Below, one piece after another: positions 7,049 to 16,759 of a DNA stretch of 64,000 nucleotides (position 1 is the first letter of the stretch; each line of letters opens with the position of its first letter). The stretch spans positions 1 through 64,000 of IMG/VR virus record IMGVR_UViG_3300028805_000075, one strand, 5' to 3'. This stretch comes from a virus. Taxonomy: Duplodnaviria; Caudoviricetes. The notes under the pieces are model-generated. The model was not told the DNA's origin. It made no database searches and saw only the letters and a list, made by a program, of their open reading frames with translations. Made by a program: the position numbers and the translations under genes.

Positions 7049-7131
7049 TGGTGCGCGAGGCGGGATTTGAACCCGCAAGCTTTCGCCGACAGATTTTAAG
7101 TCTGTTGTGTATGCCGTTCCACCACTCGCGC
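7049..7131 (-). tRNA. tRNA-Leu(UAA)
   Basis: ACAGA-CTTAAAA-TCTGT; variable arm; A73, CCA. Confidence 0.92.
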
Positions 7132-7135
7132 ATAG

Positions 7136-7212
7136 TGGCGGGGGAGCTGGGGTTCGAACCCAGACATGACCGATTTTAGAGACCGGCGCCTTCCCAATTT
7201 GGCTACTCCCCA
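7136..7212 (-). tRNA. amber suppressor tRNA (anticodon CUA), Gln-type
   Basis: TGGGGAGTAGCCAAATTGGGAAGGCGCCGGT-CTCTAAA-ATCGG...CTCCCCCGCCA; U1xC72 mismatch, G2-C71, G3-C70, G73. Confidence 0.92.
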
Positions 7213-7254
7213 ATAGAAGAGAGAATATTTTATTCTCTCAAATCTTATGTAAAT

Positions 7255-7283
7255 ATTATATCAAAATTTTAAAAGAAAATCAA
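7255..7283 (-). promoter_or_regulatory. sigmaA-like promoter directly upstream of the suppressor tRNA
   Basis: TTGATT-N17-TATAAT, extended TG. Confidence 0.75.
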
Positions 7284-7287
7284 AATT

Positions 7288-7743
7288 TTACTTTGCCAAT
7301 TCTTCAATATGATCGAAAGTTTTGTCAATAAAAACTCCCAACTTGTCAAGAGTCTTATTTACATCACCTAGAAACTCTCGCATTTCATAATCAAAATCAG
7401 AAAGAAAAATAAAGGCAGTATTTGCAATCTTTGCATCCATACGATCTGTGGCGATATATCTACCAAGAGTTTCATCAAAATTATCGCCATCTTCGTAATT
7501 GCATTTAGCCACTGTTACAATACTTTTTTCGGCTGAACGACTTTTAGTCCATCTTTCAAAGAAGCTTCTAACCCAATCTTCAAAAAAGTTGAACCAGGTT
7601 ACGCCTCCAAGCATTGTATTCTGGTATTTGTTCAAAAGTTTTCGCATCGCAACATTAAAGACCTCATCATAAAAGGCCTTCCGCGACATCTTCGCTACAA
7701 CCACGCCAAGCGGCTCATTTACATAAATTTCATACTTACTCAT
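7288..7743 (-). CDS. hypothetical protein
   Basis: 151-aa ORF, translationally coupled to the upstream ORF. Confidence 0.7.
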   Translation of the reverse strand: MSKYEIYVNEPLGVVVAKMSRKAFYDEVFNVAMRKLLNKYQNTMLGGVTWFNFFEDWVRSFFERWTKSRSAEKSIVTVAKCNYEDGDNFDETLGRYIATDRMDAKIANTAFIFLSDFDYEMREFLGDVNKTLDKLGVFIDKTFDHIEELAK

Positions 7744-8023
7744 TTTCGTTCTCCATTTCTTTCATTTCTTTAATTTTATTCCAATATTTACACCGCGCGC
7801 AGTCTACATTATAGCATTTCGCGCATTCAATACCATCAGGTCGAATACCTTTATTCAAAAAAGGATCGTGCTGACCACCAACAAGATCGGTAATTTTAAT
7901 ATGCAAAGCATCCTTTAAATTTTGGTCGAGGACTGAAATAAACTTTTGATAAAATCTATCTTGTTCTGCCAAACTCAATTCATCAAATCCAAATTCCACC
8001 TTATAAGTTGCCTGCTTCGCCAT
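7736..8023 (-). CDS. hypothetical protein with CxxCxxxxCxxC motif
   Basis: 95-aa ORF, AAGGAG RBS, promoter at 8055-8083. Confidence 0.7.
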   Translation of the reverse strand: MAKQATYKVEFGFDELSLAEQDRFYQKFISVLDQNLKDALHIKITDLVGGQHDPFLNKGIRPDGIECAKCYNVDCARCKYWNKIKEMKEMENENE

Positions 8024-8093
8024 TTAACTAATCTCCTTTTCATTTTCTATATATATTATATCATAAAATTTGAAAAATTGCAAATTTACTCTG

Positions 8094-8285
8094 TTAATAA
8101 CTGCGCGAAGCTAATGCACGCACTTCTTCTGGAGATTCTTCTACTTCATATGTAGTATTATTTACTAAAATAATAGTATCCATATCAAATGTACTGGATT
8201 TCCATATTGCACAAATATGAGAGGGACGCACATAAATTGGCTTCCCTCCTCCAAATCTTTGATGAAGTATAATAAAATCTTCCAT
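8094..8285 (-). CDS. FlbD/SwrD-like small protein
   Basis: MEDFIILH...KPIYVRPSHI...DTII...YEVEESPEEV resembles the FlbD family pattern. Confidence 0.45.
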   Translation of the reverse strand: MEDFIILHQRFGGGKPIYVRPSHICAIWKSSTFDMDTIILVNNTTYEVEESPEEVRALASRSY

Positions 8286-8286
8286 A

Positions 8287-9780
8287 TTACACCTTAGTAA
8301 TAACCTTATCATACATCGGATTCATAAGCACCGTAAGCATAGCATCATATGCAGACTTACAATTCAATGTACTGATAAGATCACGAAATACTGAAGCAGA
8401 AGAACCACTAAGATATTTAACTCCTTCGCGCGCAGTACCAATATAAGTATTCGCACGTGCTTCCACGTTCCAAAAAACGAGCTGCGGAATTTCATATCCA
8501 GCTTCTTGGAATTTGCGCTTCCACTTAGTTACAAAATCAAGATTAGAATTGGCTCGCATATAACAGTCAATCTCCATATCTGAAATTACAACAAGCGCGC
8601 GGGGCATATCTTCTGCCGGAACGTTATTACGAACCGCAGTATTATATACCAGCTCAAAAGCTTTATCAAGATTAGTATTGTACCCAACATCAGTAAAAGC
8701 CTTCTCGCACATGGACTGAAGAGTTTCATACGGTTTTACCTTAATATATTTCGGATTATGCGTGAAAGTAAGATACAATCCCGCAAACTCACCATGATTA
8801 CGCTGTGCAAAATAATTTGCAAGTCCAATCGAAGTAGCCATTGGCCGCCCAGCCATAGAGCCACTAACGTCTGCCATAACAAGCACATTCGCGCCGTCTT
8901 CAATGTAATTAGGCAAAGCCTTCCACTGCTGTTCAGTCAATTCATCGTACTTAAAGCTTATGCTCCAGGCAGAATTTGTAGAAATCTTTTCTACAAGATC
9001 ATAAGGATACAATGTACTCGCATTAACCTTAACACCCTTTTCGTTATTCTTAAGAGCATTAAGATACTGATTCCAACGATCAAAATCATGCTTTGCAAAT
9101 GCAGAACCATAGTTCTTAATCGCATAAGCCGGAACTTGAGAATAATTAATCTTATTCCATTCCTGCGCGCTCATCTGATGTTCAGTAACATTAAGATACT
9201 CACGCATGCGCGCGAGCACTTTACGATACTGCTTTTCAGACTTAAAACCAAGCCCCTTCATGGTTCTGCGCGCGAGCTTACGAGATTCTTCACTAGCAGT
9301 ATTAATGGACTTCATCCATTTTGCAAGAAGAGAAATCGGCTTATGAGCAAGCATCTTCTCATAATCGTCATTAAGTCGCGCAAACATCCAACTCCACATT
9401 TCTGCTTCTGCCGGAGTATCAAGATACTCATAAAGATCATCAAATCTGCCAAATTCCACTACATTAGGAATATTAGCAATAGCAAGAGTAGGATTATTAT
9501 TGCAAAGCCAATTAAGCATAATGCGAAAAGTTCTACGTTCACCAAGGCCACCGCGCGCATTACGTGTATAAAACATAAGTCGCATTGCCAATGCGCGATC
9601 TTCATTAAAAGCTTCTGCAAAAGCGTCACTAATTTCTTTTTCGGTTCTGGTACGCATAGCACCTACAATACCAAAAAGGTCAAGCAAAGCTCCACCATTA
9701 GTAGTATTATAAGCAAGCGCGCCATTTTCAGTTAACTTACGGGAGGACAATTCATTAGCTGATTCAATAAATTTATTCAT
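8287..9780 (-). CDS. DUF2828-family protein (helical N-terminal domain + vWA; Ro60/TROVE-like architecture)
   Basis: TENGA, RNARGGLGERRTFR, LLAKW motifs; vWA MIDAS DVSGS and ISDME; VFWNV; ATG 9780 after AAAGGAG. Confidence 0.85.
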   Translation of the reverse strand: MNKFIESANELSSRKLTENGALAYNTTNGGALLDLFGIVGAMRTRTEKEISDAFAEAFNEDRALAMRLMFYTRNARGGLGERRTFRIMLNWLCNNNPTLAIANIPNVVEFGRFDDLYEYLDTPAEAEMWSWMFARLNDDYEKMLAHKPISLLAKWMKSINTASEESRKLARRTMKGLGFKSEKQYRKVLARMREYLNVTEHQMSAQEWNKINYSQVPAYAIKNYGSAFAKHDFDRWNQYLNALKNNEKGVKVNASTLYPYDLVEKISTNSAWSISFKYDELTEQQWKALPNYIEDGANVLVMADVSGSMAGRPMATSIGLANYFAQRNHGEFAGLYLTFTHNPKYIKVKPYETLQSMCEKAFTDVGYNTNLDKAFELVYNTAVRNNVPAEDMPRALVVISDMEIDCYMRANSNLDFVTKWKRKFQEAGYEIPQLVFWNVEARANTYIGTAREGVKYLSGSSASVFRDLISTLNCKSAYDAMLTVLMNPMYDKVITKV

Positions 9781-9792
9781 ATTAACTCCTTT

Positions 9793-9837
9793 CAAGATGT
9801 TTTTAATTGCGCCTTTTATATTTGCTGCTCACATCTT
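9793..9837 (-). promoter_or_regulatory. CAGCAA-motif stem in the 5' leader of the DUF2828 gene
   Basis: AAGATGT-GAGCAGCAA...ACATCTTG between promoter (9850-9878) and Shine-Dalgarno. Confidence 0.7.
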
Positions 9838-9849
9838 TTTTCTATATAT

Positions 9850-9878
9850 AGTATAGCAAAATTTTCAAAAAAAATCAA
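9850..9878 (-). promoter_or_regulatory. sigmaA-like promoter of the DUF2828 operon
   Basis: TTGATT-N17-TATACT, extended TG. Confidence 0.7.
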
Positions 9879-9973
9879 AAAAAGAAAGACCTAAATTTTA
9901 GATCTTTCTCTTCATATTATTTATACGCGCTCGCGTGCGCGTAAATATATTATTTTTTTAAAAAAGTCAAATT

Positions 9974-10387
9974 TTATTCTTTTTCTTCGGAAATTGGTAC
10001 ATAAATATCCTTTACAGAATTAACTGCACTTTCAAGATAAATGTTAACATAATTTTCAATAGAGCCATAAGCTGCTTCTATAGCATATTTTGTTGCTTCA
10101 GTTATCATTTGCTTAAATACTTCTGTCGTATCACGACGAGCTTTCGCAGCTTGCTCTTCAGTTAAACTACCATTTGCTAATTTTATGGCTTCGACCCAAA
10201 TCTGATTTGTGGTGCGCGCGGCTCTTGCAAGAATCTCATAAGCCCCATCAACGAGTGCAATTTGTTCTTTAGAAGCATTATTCTTAACCAAAACTTGTCT
10301 AATTGCTATACCAATTACAATAATAGCTACTGGCACTAATCCTTCTAATAATTGCGCTAAAATCTTCATCCAAAAACTACTATCCAT
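9974..10387 (-). CDS. putative holin
   Basis: N-terminal TM helix, LL-H-holin-like 'YLESAV' tail; downstream of the endolysin. Confidence 0.6.
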   Translation of the reverse strand: MDSSFWMKILAQLLEGLVPVAIIVIGIAIRQVLVKNNASKEQIALVDGAYEILARAARTTNQIWVEAIKLANGSLTEEQAAKARRDTTEVFKQMITEATKYAIEAAYGSIENYVNIYLESAVNSVKDIYVPISEEKE

Positions 10388-10710
10388 TAATCAACAGGTT
10401 CCTCCTCTATATCGCCAAGACGTAAGCTAGCGACTTCATAATAAAGTTCTTTATTTTCATCTTCTGGTATTATTTCTTCGTTTTCAGTATTAGCTGCTAA
10501 ACGAAGTGTTTTTTCTTTTTCTTTTCGATTTTTTATCATACCGCATACTGAATATTCACCAACACAAGCAGCAAATACCGCAGTAATAAGTATATCTGGA
10601 GTCTGCCCATAAAAACAAAATACGACAATCATTCCAATAGTAAAAATAAAAAGAAAAGTAAACATTAAAATTAATACTTTTTTTATAAAATCATCTTTTA
10701 CTTCAGTCAT
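10387..10710 (-). CDS. two-TM membrane protein (lysis cassette)
   Basis: Two hydrophobic helices; overlaps neighbours. Confidence 0.6.
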   Translation of the reverse strand: MTEVKDDFIKKVLILMFTFLFIFTIGMIVVFCFYGQTPDILITAVFAACVGEYSVCGMIKNRKEKEKTLRLAANTENEEIIPEDENKELYYEVASLRLGDIEEEPVD

Positions 10711-11638
10711 ATTTTAATAGCTCCTTAAAATTCCAATAATCTTCCCAAGGTGAAAAAGTGTGCATTTTTCGTTCAATAAAATTCCAAACTCTTCGCTTAT
10801 CTCGTGCAGTTAACTAGCAACCATACGCGCCACCTACAAATTCAACAACATATCCACCACCAACGTAAGTACCAATATGGCCAGGACGATGAATAAAAGT
10901 GCCAGGAAGGGCTTCTTCTTTTGTTGTTTGTACAGAGTACTTTTTACTAGCAAGCGCTGTAGAATTAGCATCAAACGTATTAGATGTTAACTTAAATTTT
11001 CTTAACCAGCCTACTTCACATCCAGAGCAATCAGAGCCAGGAAGCTTGGAGTTTTTTGCTACTTGTTCAAGCATCCATTCCTTTCTACCACCATCATAGT
11101 TTGTAGGATATTTTTCGGCGCCGCGCCGTATCATCGCAGCAGTTGCATAATTTGGTTCTAACTTTTTATTATATAAATTTTCTGCCCACATATAAAGCGC
11201 GCGAACATCTCCTTCACGGTATTCAGGATCATACGCCCAATTAAGTAAATCCAATACTATATTGCGACGAAGCTCACTTACTTTAGAAAGATCCGCTTCA
11301 ATTAACTTACGTTTCTTTGGACTAATCCAAGTACATGAATCAAGGAGACCTTTTGTTGGAGTTGGTACAGGCGTTGGGATTGGAGTTGGGATTGGAATTG
11401 GCTGGCCATCCGCTGCGGCAACTATCATATCCCAGCATTCTTTATATACTGTACCAGTTATATTAATTTTATATTCTTTTTGAAATTTTTTCGTTGCTTC
11501 AACACTATCTTGTCGAAATTTATTATTGGTAATTTTTTTAATTCTATCAGAATACATTCCGAGAGCAAATAATTTATTTTTAATATATAGAACATCATTA
11601 CCAGACATACCTTTAATTATAGTACGTTTAAATTCCAT
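10703..11638 (-). CDS. endolysin: PG-binding domain + PT linker + NlpC/P60-like catalytic domain, 311 aa, one TAG
   Basis: GMSGNDV...FQ PG-binding motif, DCSG and GHIG motifs; continues past the TAG at 10814 to TGA at 10703. Confidence 0.8.
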
Positions 11639-11740
11639 ATTAATTCCTCCATATATTCCTATATTATAAGTTACGTTTTTGTTTGAAAAATCTCATAATT
11701 TGCGTTTATTTGAAAAATATGATATAATATAAATATAAAG

Positions 11741-12163
11741 ATGGAGGAATTATTTATGAATGAAAAATTAATTGACCAAATTATTGGTAACGTTTTTATA
11801 AATATGTGGGGTTATGCAAATAGAAATAATGGAATTATTGAAATTAGAGAATTAGATTTAAATAAAAATGATGATTTTATTTGTTTAACTATTGCAAATA
11901 TGGCAAGTTCGTTATATGGATGTAAAATTAAAGTAAATATGAATTTGTTTCAATATTTAAAATATCTTAAAGAGAACAAAATTAAATTATTTAATAAAAC
12001 CTATATTTGGAGTCCATTTAAGAAAGGATACCTTCCACATAAATGGCTTTATGATGTAAGTGAAGCCTGCGGGCAAGATAAAAATTTTTGGAGTGAAGTC
12101 TATAACTATTTAAAAGAGGACGGAATTAATGAATCAAATAATACCGAAACTAATGAAAAATAA
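11741..12163 (+). CDS. hypothetical protein
   Basis: ORF after promoter 11700-11728. Confidence 0.65.
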   Translation: MEELFMNEKLIDQIIGNVFINMWGYANRNNGIIEIRELDLNKNDDFICLTIANMASSLYGCKIKVNMNLFQYLKYLKENKIKLFNKTYIWSPFKKGYLPHKWLYDVSEACGQDKNFWSEVYNYLKEDGINESNNTETNEK

Positions 12164-12623
12164 AATTTCCATTTATACTGATGGTGCTACACGCGCAAAT
12201 GGAACCTCTAAGGCGCGCGGTGGTTGGGGCTGGTGTATTGTTAATGAATATGACACTATTATACAAAAAGGAAATGGTGGCAAAAAGAACACTACAAATA
12301 ATAGAATGGAACTAACTGCCGTTTTAGAAGGACTGCGCGCGGCCTATGAGTTAGATGATATAGATAATTGTTATATTGACTTATATAGTGATAGCGCATA
12401 TTTTATTAATTGTTATACTCAAAAATGGTACGAAAAATGGCTTCAAAATGGTTGGGTAAATAGCAGTAGACAACCAGTTGCTAATAGAGATTTATGGGAA
12501 CAAATAATTCCTTATTTTAATAAAACAGAAATAAGTTTTTATAAAGTAAAAGGGCATGCAGGGAATACTTACAATGAATATGTAGATAAACTCGCGTGTC
12601 AAGGAGCAGATGTATTAATATGA
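12153..12623 (+). CDS. rnhA: ribonuclease HI
   Basis: IYTDGA, TTNNRMELTA, YSDSAY, NRDLW, KVKGHAG...NEYVDKLA. Confidence 0.95.
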   Translation: MKNKISIYTDGATRANGTSKARGGWGWCIVNEYDTIIQKGNGGKKNTTNNRMELTAVLEGLRAAYELDDIDNCYIDLYSDSAYFINCYTQKWYEKWLQNGWVNSSRQPVANRDLWEQIIPYFNKTEISFYKVKGHAGNTYNEYVDKLACQGADVLI

Positions 12624-13165
12624 GAGTTTTTTGTGTTAATGGGCAAAGAGAGTCTGGAAAGACTACTTTTGAATAGTTTTGTTTTGCTTTAAATCCAATA
12701 TATGTACGTAGTTATTCTTCTATTGATTTTATAAAATAGATCGCGCGCGGAATTGGATGGGATGGAACAAAAGGTGACAAAGATAGAAAGTTTTTAGGAG
12801 ATTTAAAGTAGCTTCTAATTGAATATAACGATCTTCCTTTTAAAGATGTAAATAACTATATCGTAAGATAGATATAGTGGGCTGCAAATAGAGATTTAGA
12901 TTTTGATAAATTGATCTTTTTTATAGATGTGCGCGAACCTGAAGAAATAGAAAAATTGCGCCGCGCGCATAAAGCGTAGACAATATTGTTAAAAAGAGGT
13001 AACAATAAGGAAAGTCTTAGCAAAGGAGATAATACCGAAGATATTTTAAATTATCAGTATGATTACATTATAGAAAATAGCGGTAATTTAGAAGATTTAA
13101 AAAGGGCTGCTTATGAATTTATGGATACAAATGGATTAATTTTAGGTACAAAAAAAGACGCTTAA
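12620..13165 (+). CDS. P-loop deoxynucleoside monophosphate kinase-like protein, 181 aa, several TAGs
   Basis: MRVFCVNGQRESGKTT...GWDG.K..KDRKFL..LK...FIDVREPEEI; missed by the ORF track because of TAGs. Confidence 0.7.
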
Positions 13166-13180
13166 TAGCGTCTTATTTTT
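13150..13180. terminator. bidirectional intrinsic terminator
   Basis: AAAAAAGACGC-TTAATA-GCGTCTTATTTTT between convergent genes. Confidence 0.7.
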
Positions 13181-14359
13181 TTACCAAGTTCCACCATCTA
13201 AAGTTTCTACTGTTTGCGCGGCCCACGCGCCACTTACGACTCTTAAAAATTTTCCATTATCAGAAGTAGTTACACTTGGTAAACCAGTTATCGCAATGTT
13301 ACCACTTCCGAGAAGAGAGGTACTATTTATTGTCTTTATATTAGTACCTGAAACGAGTGTCGCTTGTCGGCTTGTATCTGTTGGATGAATATGGTCTTCT
13401 TTTGCATATTTAGAAGAAGAACCAACAGCGGCAGTGCCATCCATTTTTGGACTAGTAGTGGCGGCACTGGGCACGGTAGGAATAACTCCAGAAGCTAAAT
13501 CTGAAGCCGGTATACCAGTACTAGGTTTTGTATATTTAGTGTTTAAAGCGGTTGTTATTACTTTATTTTGAACAGGATTTTCTGAAGTCGTTGATAATTT
13601 ATTATCTACTGTAATTGCCGCGGGAATAGTAGGTTTATCATTTAAATCATTATAGCTGCCCGATGTTGCAACTGTTGCTAATCCATCTATTGCCCCAGTA
13701 ACATATTCAATATCACCATCTATGGTATCTAAACATGAATTTAATGTTCCAGATAGAGTTCCACCTTCAACACTTATATCATCTCCACCAAGTACAATAT
13801 CTGCCGATAAAGCTTTTCCATTAACTTTGCGAGTTGTTGGAACTCGACTCGTATCACTTGGGTGAACGTGATCTCCACGTGACCAAGCACCAGAAGAACC
13901 AGCTGAACCAGTCCCGTTCATCGCTGGAGTTGAGGTATATGCGGATGGAACAGTTGGAATTACGCCACTTGCTAAGTCGCTCGCAGGAATACCAGTATTT
14001 GGCTTCGTATATTTTGCGTTAAGCGCAGTATTTATAACTTTATTCTATACAGGATTCTCGGAAGTTGTAGAAAGCGCGTCATCTATTATAACACCTTGTG
14101 GAGTTGGTGCGTATAATTTTGTTGAGGAACCATTAATAGAAATAGTCCCAATTTCTGTGCCACTTGTTAAATTTTGAGTTATTGAAATAGTAGGAATCCC
14201 TGTAACACTTAAAACTCCCGTACTACTATTTATCTCTAAATTAGTTCCGACTTTTATTCCACCAAGAGTAGAAGAAGAGGCAATAGGCAAATCAAATTCT
14301 GGAATAGAATACGTATTTCCGCCTATTGTTAAATATTTCATTTCACCAATTAAAGCCAT
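13181..14359 (-). CDS. tail fibre/structural protein, 392 aa, TAG readthrough
   Basis: Repeats LSTTSENPVQNKVI, GIPASDLASGVIPTVPSA, DHxHP motifs. Confidence 0.75.
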
Positions 14360-14371
14360 TTTTCTTTCTCC

Positions 14372-16759
14372 TTACTCCATTTTTCTATAATTTATTCTTG
14401 TATCAAATAATTCACTCCAAGTAGAAGAATCCTATTCAACCCAAGAACCATTAATTTTTTTATAAACTTTTGAATATTGAGTCCAGCTATTACTTTCTTT
14501 TATATAAATTTTCGGCTAACTCCCGCCAACTGCAACAACTAACGTGTGCGCCGCAGTAATATTTGTTAACTTATATATGTAATTTACAACAGTATTTCCA
14601 TATTTATCTGTTCCACTTTCATATTCAAGTAACGAAGTTCTATCAACATTATTATCTTTTAGTGTCACAGTTGCATTAGCATCATTAGGTACTATTCTTA
14701 AAAGATATGAATCTCCCTCAAGTTTTACAACCTACCCATCAGGATATAATTTTGAACTATTTCCATTTGAAGTAATAAAATAATAATTAACATTACCAAA
14801 AATAAAAACTAAACTATGTTTCTAATTTATATTATTTAAAGTATAAGTATAATCTCCACCCGCGCTTGTCGCTTCAACTGAAGTAACTTTCCACTAAAGC
14901 GAATCATTATTACTATTAGATGCATCATCTTTACCGTATTTAATATCAATAAAATGCTCTCCCGCGGGAACTGAATAAGTTACAGTCTATGTACTTGAAC
15001 TATTATTACACTTAGCAATTTGATAATTACTTGTTGAATCTGACGGCGTTGAACCACCACTTCCAGCAGTTAATCCGTCCGTAGCAACCTCAGTGTCTAA
15101 TTTACCAAACATTCCATAGTCATAATCTTCTTCCGCATAATTTATATACGTAATAGTTACAAGACAATCACTTTCAAAATCTAAATTTAATCGTGCGACT
15201 GAAGCTGATTTATTAACTCCATTATTAGTAGATACATAATATCCTGTAGAACTATTTAAATTAAATCCATAAGACGCGCCACTTACTTGAGTAGTAACTG
15301 TATATGTATTTTCTGGTGCGCTGCCAACGAGTTGACTTGTAATATCAACTCCATTATCTAGCGCGAGCGTTAACTATGGGTCGATAGGACTAATCGTAAT
15401 TACTTGATTCGTTCCTTCTTGTACTCGTGTTGTCCCATTTGCGGGAGATGTGGTCGCATTAATAGAAGAAATTGTAATTGGGTAATACGTATATTGCGGG
15501 TCTTCTTCAGGTGGTATAAACGCACCGGCCTCATTAATTACAATTATATGGTCAACACTTATATTAGTTAACGTATATGTATAATAATAGTCTCCTCCGG
15601 ATGAAGGAACGCTATAAGTAACTTCCCAAGTAATACCAACAACGAGGCCACCATAATAACCAATTGTAAAACCTACTCGCGCGTCATCTTTAAGTTGAGC
15701 AACCGTCCAAGTACCTGGAGAAATTTCTTTAATCGTATTACTTGTTGAGGTGTATGATACTGTAGTTCCTTTAGCGGTTGTCCCATAGTAGGTATTGAGT
15801 TCTGCAACTTCACTTGAATTAGAAGTACTTTCTAAGTGGCCGCAGGCGCGCACGCTCATAGAATCAATAGTTGCATTTTCTGGTATATCATCAAAATTAA
15901 AATGATAATAAATTGTGGCCGTACTACCACTACTACCACAATAATCATTACCCGTCTAGCTTGATGGATTTTCTGCACTATAGCCTATTGCAGACTAATA
16001 ACGAGTACCACTAACGCTACCACTAGTTGTATACGAAGCAGGGGTCTAAGAAATTGTGCCTCCTGTAGGTACCGCATGTTGTTCCAACTGATTAGTAACA
16101 TCAACATCATTATCAGTAACAGCTATATTATCTATTGCGTCTGTGTAAATAGTAATGGTTGCATCTTCACCTCCCATAACTTCTTGGGTGGAAGGCTCTA
16201 CGGTTGTACCGCTTACATTACTTGTCGCGCCAATTGTATAAGCTATTCCATTTACAGAATAATTTATAGTAAGAGTCGCGCCATAGAAATATAAATACGC
16301 CGCACGAGAAGTTTGTGATGTGCCTCTTTTACCAGTTAAACGCACTTGTATATTACTAATTTCCGCGCGAGTCCAGGAACCGGTATTACTTATGCTGCGC
16401 GCGGTTGCTGAAGTAGAGTCCGCAGAAGTAGAAGAACCTTTTGCAGTAGAGCCGCTATATAACTAAATAGTAGAAGCGGTTAAATAATTGGTTGAACTAA
16501 CCCTTGATTTAACTGAACAAGCAACCGAATCAATCGTGGCTTCTTCTGGAATTTCTGAAACATTAAAAGTATATGAAATATGTGATTCCGCCTGAGAACC
16601 CGTATGACAAGTAATATACGCATAAGAAGTACTTGACGCATCGGTATATCCATTTGAAATTGGATAAGAACCACTTACACTTGAATAAGATGAATTTGAA
16701 CTATCGTAACCACTAGGATGAGTGGTTAAAGTATCAGATATATCTATAATTCTTGACAA
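14372..16759 (-). CDS. Ser/Thr-rich virion/fibre protein, ~795 aa, many TAGs
   Basis: Track fragments 16463-16759, 16046-16345 and 15374-15859 are all in one frame, separated by TAG. Confidence 0.7.

Noticed and set aside
7131-7136. Theta ribozyme after the suppressor tRNA
   Set aside because: Only ~4 nt separate it from tRNA-Leu; no room and no HDV-like fold.
8758-9735. 325-aa plus-strand ORF
   Set aside because: Antisense shadow of the DUF2828 gene.
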